Source: Camelus dromedarius (Eukaryota). From it: 64,000 nucleotides of DNA. A program made the translations under genes and the position numbers. Shown piece after piece: positions 40,752-52,275 of this stretch (positions are counted from its first letter, which is position 1; every line of letters begins with the position of its first letter). Under the pieces are notes generated by a model. The model saw only the letters and a program-made list of their open reading frames with translations. It had not been told where the DNA came from and did no database searches. The stretch spans positions 76,386,001 to 76,450,000 of the forward strand of contig NC_087436.1 in the NCBI RefSeq assembly GCF_036321535.1, read 5' to 3'.

Positions 40752-40940
40752 GCTTTCCCCTAATATCAGTGATGGCAAGAATGTCTTCTCTCACCATTTA
40801 TATTCGACACAACACTTGAAGTTCCAGGTAGTACAATAAGACCAGAAAAAGAAATGAGAGGCAAACTATTGGAAAGGAAGAGATAAGTCTGCCCTTACTT
40901 GCACATAGAACGATCATCTATGTAGGAAGTCCCAAGGAAT
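40752..40940 (+). mobile_element. Old L1 ORF2 (RT region) fragment, antisense to the retrocopy
   Basis: Degenerate match to the L1 RT segment from GCPLSPLLFNIVLEVLA to the FADD region and YVENPK (ggcaagaatgtcttctctcaccatttatattcgacacaacacttgaagttcc...gatcatctatgtaggaagtcccaaggaat). Confidence 0.85.
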
Positions 40941-42090
40941 TGGGAAGTTCTTTTCAATGGCACAGAACACAACATCCATACAGAGGAACACCCCTGTCCG
41001 GCCCACACAAGCACTACAGTGAACAAGGATGGGTTCCTGTAAGGTGGCTCTTCCTCACATAACGAACATACTTTATGAAACCTTCTGCTGAGGCAGGAAT
41101 GCCGTGGTCTGGCCAAATGGTGAACTGCAAGTGTTTTACAAAGTGACTAGTTCCTGTGGACTTCTGACAACTTGAAATATTCAAACAACAAAACTCTGAA
41201 GTATCTGGTAGTTCTCCAGGAAGACATGACAGCTTTTCAATTCCAAAGGCTTTTTCATAGAAATGGGCCAGTAATGGTGGCATTTCATAACTCCATCTTC
41301 TACCTCTCTGGTTATGATGACAATAACATTAGAGTTATTTTCCACAACCATTTGCCAAAAATCATCTGTGGTGCCTGGCAGTGGTCCTTGGGTAGCGATA
41401 TAGTTATACTCTTCTCCAGAATGGACTATTTTAATATAACTAGCATTGATGTAGTCCTTGTTTTCTCCAGGAAGAACACGTGTTGAAACATATGAAAGAG
41501 TATCTTGATATCTGTTTTTGTCTCTGTCATGTAGTTCATTCCCAGAGTTGAACACAGCAGGCAGATTCTTAGATCCCAAAGCCATAAATTCCTGGATGAT
41601 TTCAAATTCTGATACTTTTCTCTCAAGCATTTAAAAATAATCCTTCATGGTTGAATTCTCATGAATACTGAATGTTAATGGTCTAACCAGAGCCAACTGA
41701 GCTAGCTCCATTTCGGAAACAATTTCCATCCCTGAGACGTAGGGGAGTCAGTCGGGGAAGGCCCTGTGAACTCCTCCTCACTGCTGGACCTGTCTTTTTG
41801 GAAGGAGCTGCTGGTCATTGACAAGCTGGGGTTACTGTCATTTTCTGTATCCTCAAATCCTCAAAATCATCATTTTGTTGGAAATCCTGAAGAAAGACTT
41901 TTACCTTCTCTAAGTTAACTTCACTTTCCAAAATCTCAGAGCTCACTGATCTAGGTGTCATGTCCTGACTTGATGAAGGCAAATCTTCCTGATCTGATGA
42001 AAGCACAGATGGATCCAGGTTTTTCATGTCAGAGTCCTCTCCCTTCTGACCTTTTCCAGACTCTGCTGTGGCATTCTTGGGTGAAGACAT
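40941..42090 (-). pseudogene. PTPN20: PTPN20-homologous coding portion, disabled
   Basis: ATG at 42090. Frameshifts near 41855, 41738, 41165 and 41034. In-frame stops TAA 41633-41631 and TGA 41183-41181. Homology ends at ...AIEKNFP (40941). Confidence 0.92.
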
Positions 42091-42603
42091 GTTGTCCCCA
42101 TGTCTGGAGGACGTGAGCAGGTTTCTGCAGGTGCTGGGCCTTATGTTCTGAGAGTCAGGCAGCAGGTCTAATTAGTATCCTGGGGCCAGCACACAACTGT
42201 TGTTCACCAACAGTCACTAATTTCAAATCTTCCATGAAAGTCAGCAGAACTCCCAGAGCAAACAGCTTTGATCAGAAACGCATGTCCATTTCTGGTGTGT
42301 CCGTTAGTGCAGTGAATTTGAGATAATCCTTAGATCTTTAGATTCTGTAGATTTCCATTTCATCAGATCCGGTAAGAGTCAATTATGAAGCTGTATATGA
42401 GATAAAGTTCATCTACCAATAAGTAATGTAACCACACTGGGAGCCAGACTTCCAAGTAGCTGCAAACTGTGGTGGACTTTGGTTTGATTGGAGAACATGT
42501 CACAGGAGACAATACTGACTGGCGGTAAATGTCAGTCTGGACCTGCCGCATCCAGCCTCACCCGAACCGCCCCACCACCAACAGCCAAGAAACATCTTTT
42601 CTT

Positions 42604-43255
42604 CAGCGATAGAAGGGAAGAAAATAATTGTCAGTGTTAGTAAGCTTGTAAAGGGAGAGCTTTAACCTAATTCACACCTGGTAACTTCAGGTTTCCTGTT
42701 GAGGTAGGAAGAGAGGTGAGAAATAATCTGTTTTGGTCTGAGGGTCAGAGACAAGCATAAAATTGAAGAGGGTAACAAGAATACTAGCTGAGCTGGATGG
42801 GAAAAGGTAGGAATAACTGAAAATGGTACCTAATTACATCTGAGTATATTTCCTATGTATAAGCTATCTATAATGTGTAATAGTCGATAAGCCTTTAACC
42901 TTCTTGATTATGGGAATGACATGATGAAAAAAACTGTTTAAAGAATAACTTGGCTATGTTATAAATAGTTGAGTAAGAGACAGATGACCTTGGTCTTATG
43001 AAGAAAGCCACTGAAGCACTTGTGGCTGTAATTCTGGCAGGAGGCAGTAAGTTTCCAAACCCAGATGGGAAGGTAAAGAAAAGGGATAGGATGGTTAAAC
43101 AAAAATGTGATAATAACACTGGTATGAGATAGATGATCATGAGAATAGTGTGAGGATAAGGAAAAATGAGATATATGTTAATAGACTGGAATAAGTAGGC
43201 AGTGCATAAGAACTGAGTTTTGTGTCTCTAAACAAGTTACTGTTGATTTTAGAGA
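42604..43255 (-). mobile_element. Degenerate L2 (probable continuation beyond the retrocopy)
   Basis: Purine-rich L2-like sequence resumes right after the TSD. Confidence 0.5.
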
Positions 43256-44300
43256 TCTTGACATCCTCCAGCTTTCTTACTCTGTTACCTCAATCAACTA
43301 CTACTCTAATAAAACAAAGTACACACTAATTGCTTGTACAATTCATGAGATAAAGTTTATCTACCAATAAGTAAAGGAATTTTTTGGAAGGTGCAGGTAT
43401 CATAAAAATCAGGTTACCTGAATGTCCTTAAATGTGAGACAATCTCAGGGTAAGGGGAAATTAGATATTTCCTGGGTGATGCTCTAAGAGGGCCAACCAG
43501 CTTGCCATGATATATGTGAACTAATAGTTTAACTCATTATAACAACCCTTTGCCTATTGTCACTTAGGCATGGTTGAGTGTTCTAGCCTAGTCTAGGACA
43601 CAACAAGAAGGGGACGTGAGTAGGGTAGTTTTGATTTTTAATAGATTAGGAAGAAAGGTTAGGATAATTGAAAGATGCTAAATGAAAATATAGAGAACTT
43701 TACAATCCAGGTTTCTGAGAGGCTAGTTTAAATTTGCATTAGCCTACATTTAAGTAGCAGCTGTTTGAGCTTTCATTTTCTGTAAGTGGGCTGGACTGCT
43801 TGGTGGCAGGTCAAAATTGTAAATAGCAAGCCTGCACCTCCAACTACTTTAAGGCTGCCAGGGACTGAATGCTTAATTTATGATTAACGCATGATTAAGT
43901 GTTAAATGGCAGTCAGAGAGACTTTCTGAGATTATCTGATTAGCTTTTAGCACCCAGAGATCTCTTCTCAGTGGAATTTGTGCTCTATAATTAAGGCCTA
44001 GTAATATAAATATCTAAGAGAGAATTTTGATTCATGTACCAACAACACACTCAACACACTCACAGAAGGTAAGTTATCAGAAAGCATTTAAGAAAGGATT
44101 TGAGATTTTGAGTATCTAGTGAGTTTTTTTAATGAAAAACTCATTATATAAAATTTAATGTCTGAATTTTGGGCTACATGAAAAATTTCATTTTGTTGCT
44201 TTGAAAAGTAAAATACTAATATGCATTTGATTATTTAAAAATTATTGGTTTTAAATAGATGTATTTTTATGCCTTGCTCAGGTCACTACTGAGCTATTCT

Positions 44301-45608
44301 TTATTTTTATTGAAGTATAATTGATTTATAATGTGTTAGTTTCTGGTGGACAGCATAATGATTCAGTTATATGTATATATATTCTTTTTCATATTCTTTT
44401 CCATTATAGAGTGATTACAAGATATTGAATACAGTTCCCTGTGCTATACAGAAGGTCCTTGTTGTTTATCTATTTTATATATAGTAGTTTGTATCTGCTA
44501 ATCTCAAACTCCTAATTTATCCCTCCCCTTTTCCCCTTTGGTAATCAGAAATTTGTTTTCTGTGTCTGAGTCTGCTTCTGTTTTGTAAATAAGTTCATTT
44601 GTATCATTTTTTTAGATTTCGTGACATGATATTTGTCTTTCTCTGTCTCACTTAACTTCACTTGGTATGATAATCTCTAGGTCCATCCATGTTGCTGCAA
44701 ATGACATTATTTCATTCTTTTTTATGACTGAGTAGTATTCCATTGTGTGTGTATATATGTATATACATATATACACCACATCTTCTTTATCCAATTATCT
44801 GTTGATGGACATTTAGATTGCTTCAATGTGTTGGTTATTGTAAATAGTGCCATAGCACATGGGGATGCATGTATCTTTTTGAATTTGAGTTTCCTTTGGG
44901 TATATGCCCAGAAGTGGGATTGCTGGATTATATGGTAAGTCTAATTTTAGTTTTTTAAGGAAACTTCATAACGTCCTTCAGTGACTGTACCAATTTACAT
45001 TTCCACTAACAGTATAGAGGATTCCCTTTTCTCCACACCCTCTCCAGCATTTGTTGCTTGTGGACTTTTTAATGATGGACATTCTAACCAGTATGTGGTC
45101 ATTATAGTTTTGATATGCATTTCTCTGGTAATTAGCAATGTTGAGCATCTTTTCATGTGCCTGTCAGCCATCCCTGTGTCTTCTTTTGAGAAATGTCTGT
45201 TTAGGTCTTCTGCCCATTTTTTGATTCGGTTGTTTGCTTTTTGGTATTGAGTGGTATGAGCTGTTTGTATATTTTGAAAATTAAGCCCTTGTCAGTCACA
45301 TGGTTTGCAAATATTTTTTCTCCTTGTCTGTAAGTTGTCTTTTTGTTTTGTTTATGGTTTCCTTTGCTGTACAAAAGCTTTTAAGTTTGATTAGGTCCCA
45401 TTTGTTTATTTTTGCTTTTATTTCTATTGCCTTGGGAGACCAAAGTAGGAAAACATTGCTACAATTTATGTCAGAGATGTTTTGACTATGTTCTCTTCTA
45501 GGAATTTTATAGTGTCCTGTCTTATATTTAAATCTTTAAGCCATTTTGAGTTTATTTTTGTGTATGGTTTGAGGGAGTGTTCTAACTTCATTGATTTACA
45601 TGTGGCTG
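44301..45608 (-). mobile_element. 5'-truncated L1 with perfect 16-bp TSD
   Basis: TSD actactgagctattct at 44285-44300 and 45609-45624. ORF2 C-terminal and 3' UTR sequence lies between. Confidence 0.95.
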
Positions 45609-48604
45609 ACTACTGAGCTATTCTAGGAATGCATCATTTCAAAAACCTCCAAACTTAAATTATCAAAACTGGGGATACCTAATTAGAGTAAATTTTGATA
45701 ATAAGTTATTTGGATATTACATACATAATTATTATAATCTTTTTTTGAGTTTATTTTTTAAATTATGATTTTAAATTTCAGTGTTCAGAAATATATTTCA
45801 GTTGTATAACCACTAAATAATTAATTTCAGTGGTAAAAAATACCTTTTAAATTTTGTCAATTTTTTTTATAAAAACATATTTTTTAGGATATTTGTAGCC
45901 TTTCCTTGAAAAGAATTTTATGGTTAAGCAATGTTCTGCATGTCTCTTTTCTGAATGAATTTTCTGAATCATTAATATGTTACCCTAATTGTGTACCATA
46001 AAGAGGACTACTTTATCAAACATTCATCTACAGTGCCCTGAATGGAACTCATTTGGGAAACAATTATTTGTTCATCTCCTGTAGTTTACAATGAAGTAAC
46101 TAAAGCCCTCAAAAGGCAAAATTATCTTCACACGGCCATGTGTCTACTTAGTGACAGAAGCATAAAGCATAACCACAAAGTTTGAGTTTCATCCCTACTA
46201 TCTTGCTTCTCCACACTAAGAGTAGATCTCTCAAACAAACATTCTAATAACCAGTATCTTTTGATAAATGTATACTAATCTTCTAAATTAGCTGCTTGGT
46301 TTAAATCTCTTTGAAATTCAACAGTCAGTATCAAGTCACAGGTTTCCTTTTAAATGACACACCTACCATACTCATTTTAAATTATTTTTGTCATGAAGTA
46401 GAGATTAAATAAAAAAACTTTTCATGAAAAAGGAGATGACTTATTTATTAAGGAGATGATTTATTTTTATGAGATGATGCATGAAAGACTTGGTTTAAAT
46501 AATATATGTAGTACATTTTTACAAGTTAAAGAAAATGAAGATACCAATAAATAGGTAAATAATAAAATGCCTTAAAATCTTTTTTGTGTGCTTTTCCCCT
46601 TTCAATTGAATTTGTAATAATTCTGTTATGTTCCTAAATACAAGCATCTGCTCAAAGAGCAAGCCCCTCTTAATCACCTCATTTGCAGGAACATATATTT
46701 GACACAAATTGACAAGTTTGTAGGCTGGAGCAATGCCATGTGACCTTTCTACGGTCACAGAACCATGCACAGAATGCTGGAGGTAGGCCAGTGGTTATTG
46801 GTTAGAAAAGAAGGCACAGAAAAGCATTTAGCTTTTTCATTTCAAGTTAAAGCAAAAAGCCTTATATTTCAAGAAGTCAGAGCAGTCAACTGAAACCCTG
46901 ATGTGTGAACTTACCAGAAGATTCTTTGTTCATTGATACAATACTCACAAAATATTGAAATGATATCTGAAAAATAAAATATTTTACTGGGCAGATCACC
47001 TGCCCTTGTCGTCTTTCATATGATCATGATTTCTCAATTATTTCAGGGAGGCTTCTAAATTGCTTCATACTTTCATAAATCTTACCAACATTAATTTATC
47101 ACACACACAAAATTGTTCCATTCCCTTGCATTTGTTTAGTGAAGGTTTATAATTTAATTCCTTGGATGTTTTTGCTAAAAAGAGTTCTTTCAAAGCTCTT
47201 ACACTTTTTTTTTTATTTTTTGCCAATTAAAATGTTTCTTTTAAATTTATGAACTTTTCTTTCTCATGGACACTAATTATCTTCTCTTTTGCAGTTATAG
47301 CCTAATAACCCATTAATTTTGTTCTTTCAAAGATGCATTGTTCTTGGAATAGTCATGGAGTTTTGCAAAGCACAGGTGGATGAAGTGTGGACCCCATGCT
47401 GTTGCTGCTTCTGTCAGTGCACTTTATAAAACAGAAACACTAAATACAGCAATTAGAAAAAAACAACCATCAAATAAAGGATGAATAATTAAAAATATCA
47501 GAAGTTTATAAAACTTAGTAATCTTTGTAAGTTATGTAAAAATGAGTAAATTCCTACTTTAATTCAAAGTATGCTCACACTAATTATAACAATGCACCAG
47601 ACCTTTTTAAAAGCACATTCTTTGTTCTTGGCCAAACTGCAGTATGAGCTGTCCTTTAACCCCATCCATAAGGATTTGAATACAAGAACACAAAATGAAT
47701 CTGGTGAAGAGCATTAAAATGAGTTACCTTAAGAGGTATATAAATTGTATATGCTTATTTATTACAGTAAACGGATTCTATGCCAAATAGGAAAGAGGTA
47801 ACAAACATCCCAAAAAACTGTAGATAAGTCTGTAGATATTAACCTTGGAAGAAAAGATATACATTAAGTTTGAAGTATGTACTAAAACTCAATGTTTCTA
47901 CCTACAGCCTGAAAAGCAAAGTTCAGGAAAACTAAACATAAAATTAATTGTATATGTTATTGACATCACTACTCTAGTGGAGCAGAAATTAGTTCAGACA
48001 CAGAACACTTTTCTTCCTTCCATTCTCTCTCCCCATCCTCCTCTTTTTTTATCCTGCCTCTTCCTTCTCTTTTGCATTTTCCACCCTCCTTCTTCACTTC
48101 TCCGATTCTCTTCTCCGTTCCCCTCTCCTTTCTCTTCCTCGTGGACTCATTCCTTCCTCTCAGAGCTGTACTGCATCCTAGGAATTGTCATCTCCAAATG
48201 GATGCATAAGTAGATGCAAAATTCTACAACTTTCTTTTTGGAATTTCTTAAAGATCAATCAGTTCTTGGATATGTAGAATCAAGCTGGGACACTCACTAA
48301 AGTCAGTAAGATGTCAGTTAGATTTCTAGTGAGTTTCCTGTAGCTTCTAGATTCTCTTTTCTCTTAGAAAAAACTTAGAAAAGGACTTGATCAAATAGTT
48401 TACAAAAAAAGGAAGTACACGTGACTTACCAACATATAAAAAGATGCTTCATGTTACTTGTGACTAAAGACACGCAAAATAAACCATTAGGGAGATGCCA
48501 TTTTAAATGTCAATGGTCAAATGTATATCTTTAAGCAGTAAGTATATTTTAAAAGAAGAAAAACAGTTATTTCATTTTGCAGAAGTGTTTTTGACATAAA
48601 GTAC

Positions 48605-48956
48605 TGCAGTTAGACTTTTTATATCCCCTCAAAGTTGTGTTGAAACCTAATTCTCAGTGTATTGGTATTAAGAGGTGGGGCCTTTGGGAAGTGATTATAT
48701 CATGAGGATGAACCCCTCAGGAATGGGATTAGTGCCCTTATAAAAGAGACCCCAGAAAGCTCCCTTGCCCCTTCTGCCATGTGAGGACACAGGGAGGAGA
48801 TATTCATCCATGATCCAGGAAGCAGATTCTCATCAGACATCAAATCTGCTGCTGCTTTGATGTTGGACTCCCTAACCTCCAGAACTGTGAGAAATATGTA
48901 TTGTTTATAAGCCAGTTTATAGTATTTTTAAGTATCAACCCAAATGGACTGACACA
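48605..48956 (+). mobile_element. Complete MLT1A-type solo LTR
   Basis: TG...CA ends, 5-bp TSD agtac (48600-48604, 48957-48961), gggattagtgcccttataaaagagacccc core. Confidence 0.92.
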
Positions 48957-50060
48957 AGTACTATAGTACATATAAAAAACAAAATAAATTTAAGATTATA
49001 GGGGATCTGAGAGTCAGCTACATCATAAATTCTTTCTGAATTTGTAATATAAAAATAATTACCCTCATTTCTGATAACTGGTAACACTCTATCTGCATCC
49101 TTCTTCCAATAGTTCTCACTTTATTTCTAATGCATGTACTCTGTCTCATAATTGTAGGATTCTAAGAAGCAGTGTGGCTTCCACCTTACTCAGCATGGGT
49201 CTCCTTTGTCTTTATGGATCCTGAGTAATGACATGAATGAACTACAAGAGATTATTAAACACTAAGGAAGAGATCAGTGTGTAAACTCAACTTTAAGCCT
49301 AAGGTTTAATGGAGTTGAAAGTCATGTACCTGAAAGGTGATACCAAATGTTGCTTATGCGCAAAAACTTTTCACCTACAAAGGATTCGCTCAGTGTGGGA
49401 AATCCCCAAATTAACTGGCTCTTTAGATCAAAGAATTGAGAACCCTACAAAAGAACAAATAAATTTTATGGAAGGATCACTATTTTATCATGTCATTATT
49501 CATTTGTAATTGAACCAGTTTAATTTATTAGATTCATCTAGGCAGAAGGAGGCCAGAGCAGCTTGGCTTGAGACGTATGGACAAGATTGGGTGAGAGAGC
49601 AGGGAAGATCCATAGTTTATCCCAGTGTGGGAGAGTCTGGATAAAGTTTCAGGACAGTGGGCTGGGCATTGGGAAGAAATGGGAATGGGCGCTGCCTTTG
49701 AGTTAATGCATGAAGTATACGGAATTAGTCATTGGTCTAATTTGTGGTCCAAAGGGAAGAATCAGGAGAGAACACATGGCCAACTTCAATTTCACAAAAA
49801 GATGAGTCTTACATTTTGAGTTATGAGCATAATTTCTTATGCTGGAAAGATAGAAGGATCAGAGAACCCTGTTCTAATTTAGACTCTGATGGCTTCTGAG
49901 GTTTTACTGAACTTACTATCCTGTATCTCATTTCCTCCATCTATGAAAAGAAGATAATTTATATTATCTACCTTGCTAAAGCATGGCATGTAATTATAGC
50001 AGTTACTATTAGAATGAGGGAGTTTTAAAATGTAAAGCTTTATTAATAATTAAACACACT

Positions 50061-50525
50061 TTAAAAATTGTGGCAAAATATATGTAAAATGAAATTTATC
50101 TTTTTAAGTGTACAGTTCAATGGCATTAAGTATATTTACATTGTTGTGCAACTACCACCATCCATCTCTAGAACTTTCCATTTTCCCAAACTGGAACTCT
50201 GTACCTGCTAAACAATAACTTCTCACTTCTCCCTCCCCCATCCCCTGGCAACTACCATTCTGCTTTTAGTCTCTATGAGTTTGACCACTCTAGGTACCTC
50301 ACATAAGTGGAATCAGACTATATCTGTCCTTTAGTGTCTAGCTTATTTCACTTGGCATAGTGTCTTCAAGGTTCATCTATAGTATAGCCTGGATCAAAAT
50401 TTCATTTCTTTAAGACAGTAATTTCCATTGTATGTATATACCACAAATCCATTCATCCATCATGGGCATTTGGATTGTTTCCACCTTTTGACTGTTGTAA
50501 ATAATGCTGCTAGAAACACTCATAC
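50061..50525 (-). mobile_element. L1MB-like 3' end with 10-bp TSD
   Basis: TSD taaacacact at 50051-50060 and 50526-50535. ttttaagtgtacagttcaatggcattaagta. Confidence 0.9.
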
Positions 50526-51813
50526 TAAACACACTCTATTTTTAGAAGAATTAGGATTCCAGTTAATAAAACATACTGAATTGCACAGCTTTGGTAGGCA
50601 TAAGTGTAAGTTATTCAAATGAATTTTAGATAATATCACTAATAAGCACCAGGTTTAGTTTCAGAGATTTTTAAAAATGCAAATGATTATTTGAACAGCC
50701 CAAGTGATATTAGCACTTAGCACTTAGACTATTGTAACTTAGCATCTGGGCTCCATCATGTACAAATTTATATAAAATCATCAAATGTCAGAAATTGACT
50801 GAGCTTTCCTAATTCTCTTTAGTCCTCTAAAAATTATTGTTAAAAGGTTTTTTTTTCCTAATCTTCCTTGTAGGCTTCCATTCAGCAAGTTTCTTGCTTT
50901 GCCTAGGGCCTAGCCTTAAAGCTTGGGGCATGAAGATAGCAGACGTTTTTGTACAATGGGATGTTTAAAGTAAACTGTTCATCAGTGAATGTTTGGTTCA
51001 GAACAAAAACTCTTTACTTCCTGATGAATAGAAATGCATCTCTGAAGATTGACATAGTGTTTGGTCAAGTTTTGATGTTCTGAAGTCTTGGCAAACAATT
51101 GGAAGCCAGTGGTGAAGAAAGGGGAAATTCCAAGAAAATAGGGCATGGAAATCAGAATGAAGCAATTATCTTTTAGTGAAGAAAGGAACAAGAAGGCAAA
51201 ACACATAATGAGTTCCATTCTTTTGTGGCGTATAATTTGGTGCCTTTCAAGCAGCTTCTGGAATCACTGCTAAAACTTGGCAAGGCTGACGAATTAAATT
51301 TAGATGTGAAACAAAGGGAGAAGGCCATGCTCCATAGGCATTACTTGCTTGCTTCTGTGATAACAGAGTGATTTGTGTCAAAAAAAGAATAAAAAATCTG
51401 CACTGTAGTTATTTACTGAATCCTCCTTATACTCCTAACTGAAACTTAATTTGATCTAACATTAAAATGAAATTAGTGGAGAAGGAGAATTATGTTTTTC
51501 ATTTCTGAATGGACCTCTCCAGATGCCCCTTCTCATGCTTTCTTTAATCAGAGCCAGATCTCGGAAAATTCTAGACTAAATGAAATGAAGCACAGAAAGT
51601 GTGTTCAGGTTGTCAAATGTTTTCCATGGATCCATGTGTCCTCCTGAGCTGGACTGAGCCTTGATTCTGAAATTAAAATTTTAACTTGCCTTTTTGGTTT
51701 GTGACCTTACCACCTTATAGTTGATTTAACCGTATTTTTAGTATTTAAGAAAATGGTTCTAAGCTAGTAAAGGATCTCATACATAAGTCAGAATATCCAG
51801 AATAAACTAGAAA

Positions 51814-52275
51814 CAGGCATACTTTGTTTTGTTCTGCTTCACAGATACTGCACTGTTTACAAATTGAAGCTTTGTGGCAACCTCTGTTGAACAAAAGTGT
51901 TTCGGCACCATTTTCCATCAGCATTTGCTCACTTGGTCTGGGTGTCACATTTTGGTAATTCTCACAATATTTCAACTTTTAAACTATCATTATGTTTGTT
52001 ATGGTGATCTGTGATCAGTGATCTTTGATACTACTTCCGTAAGTTGCTAAAGACTCATGATAGTTAACATTTTTTAGCAATAAAGTATTTTTAAATTAAG
52101 ATATGCACTTTTTTAGACATAATGCTATTGTGCAATGAATAGACTACAATGTAGTGTAAACATTACTTTTATGTGCACTGGGAAGCCAAAAAATTCTTAT
52201 GACTTGCTTTATTGCAATATTTGCTTTATTGCGGTGATCTGAAACCAAATCCACAATATCTCAAAGTTGTGCCTG
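51814..52275 (+). mobile_element. Tigger1-derived non-autonomous DNA transposon
   Basis: caggcatac...gtgcctg termini followed by TA. Both Tigger1 ends present, transposase absent. Confidence 0.88.

Larger units (their letters stand above)
39467..42586 (-). pseudogene. PTPN20: Processed pseudogene (retrocopy) of protein tyrosine phosphatase non-receptor type 20, with 5' UTR, disabled CDS and L1-derived 3' end
   Basis: Intronless minus-strand peptides MSSPKNATAE...LPSSSQDMTPRS...VNLEKVKV, IIQEFMAL...DKNRYQD...DYINASY...YIATQGPL...DFWQMV...KCHHYWP, LQFTIWPDHG and VHCSACVGRTG are colinear with PTPN20 as I recall it. TSD aag(g/a)aacatcttttctt at 39450-39466 and 42587-42603. AATAAA (minus) at 39494-39499. 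A-rich tail at 39467-39477. Confidence 0.95.

Noticed and set aside
41181..41630. 149-aa PTP ORF as a functional gene
   Set aside because: It is a fragment between two stop codons of the pseudogene and lacks the WPD loop and catalytic motif.
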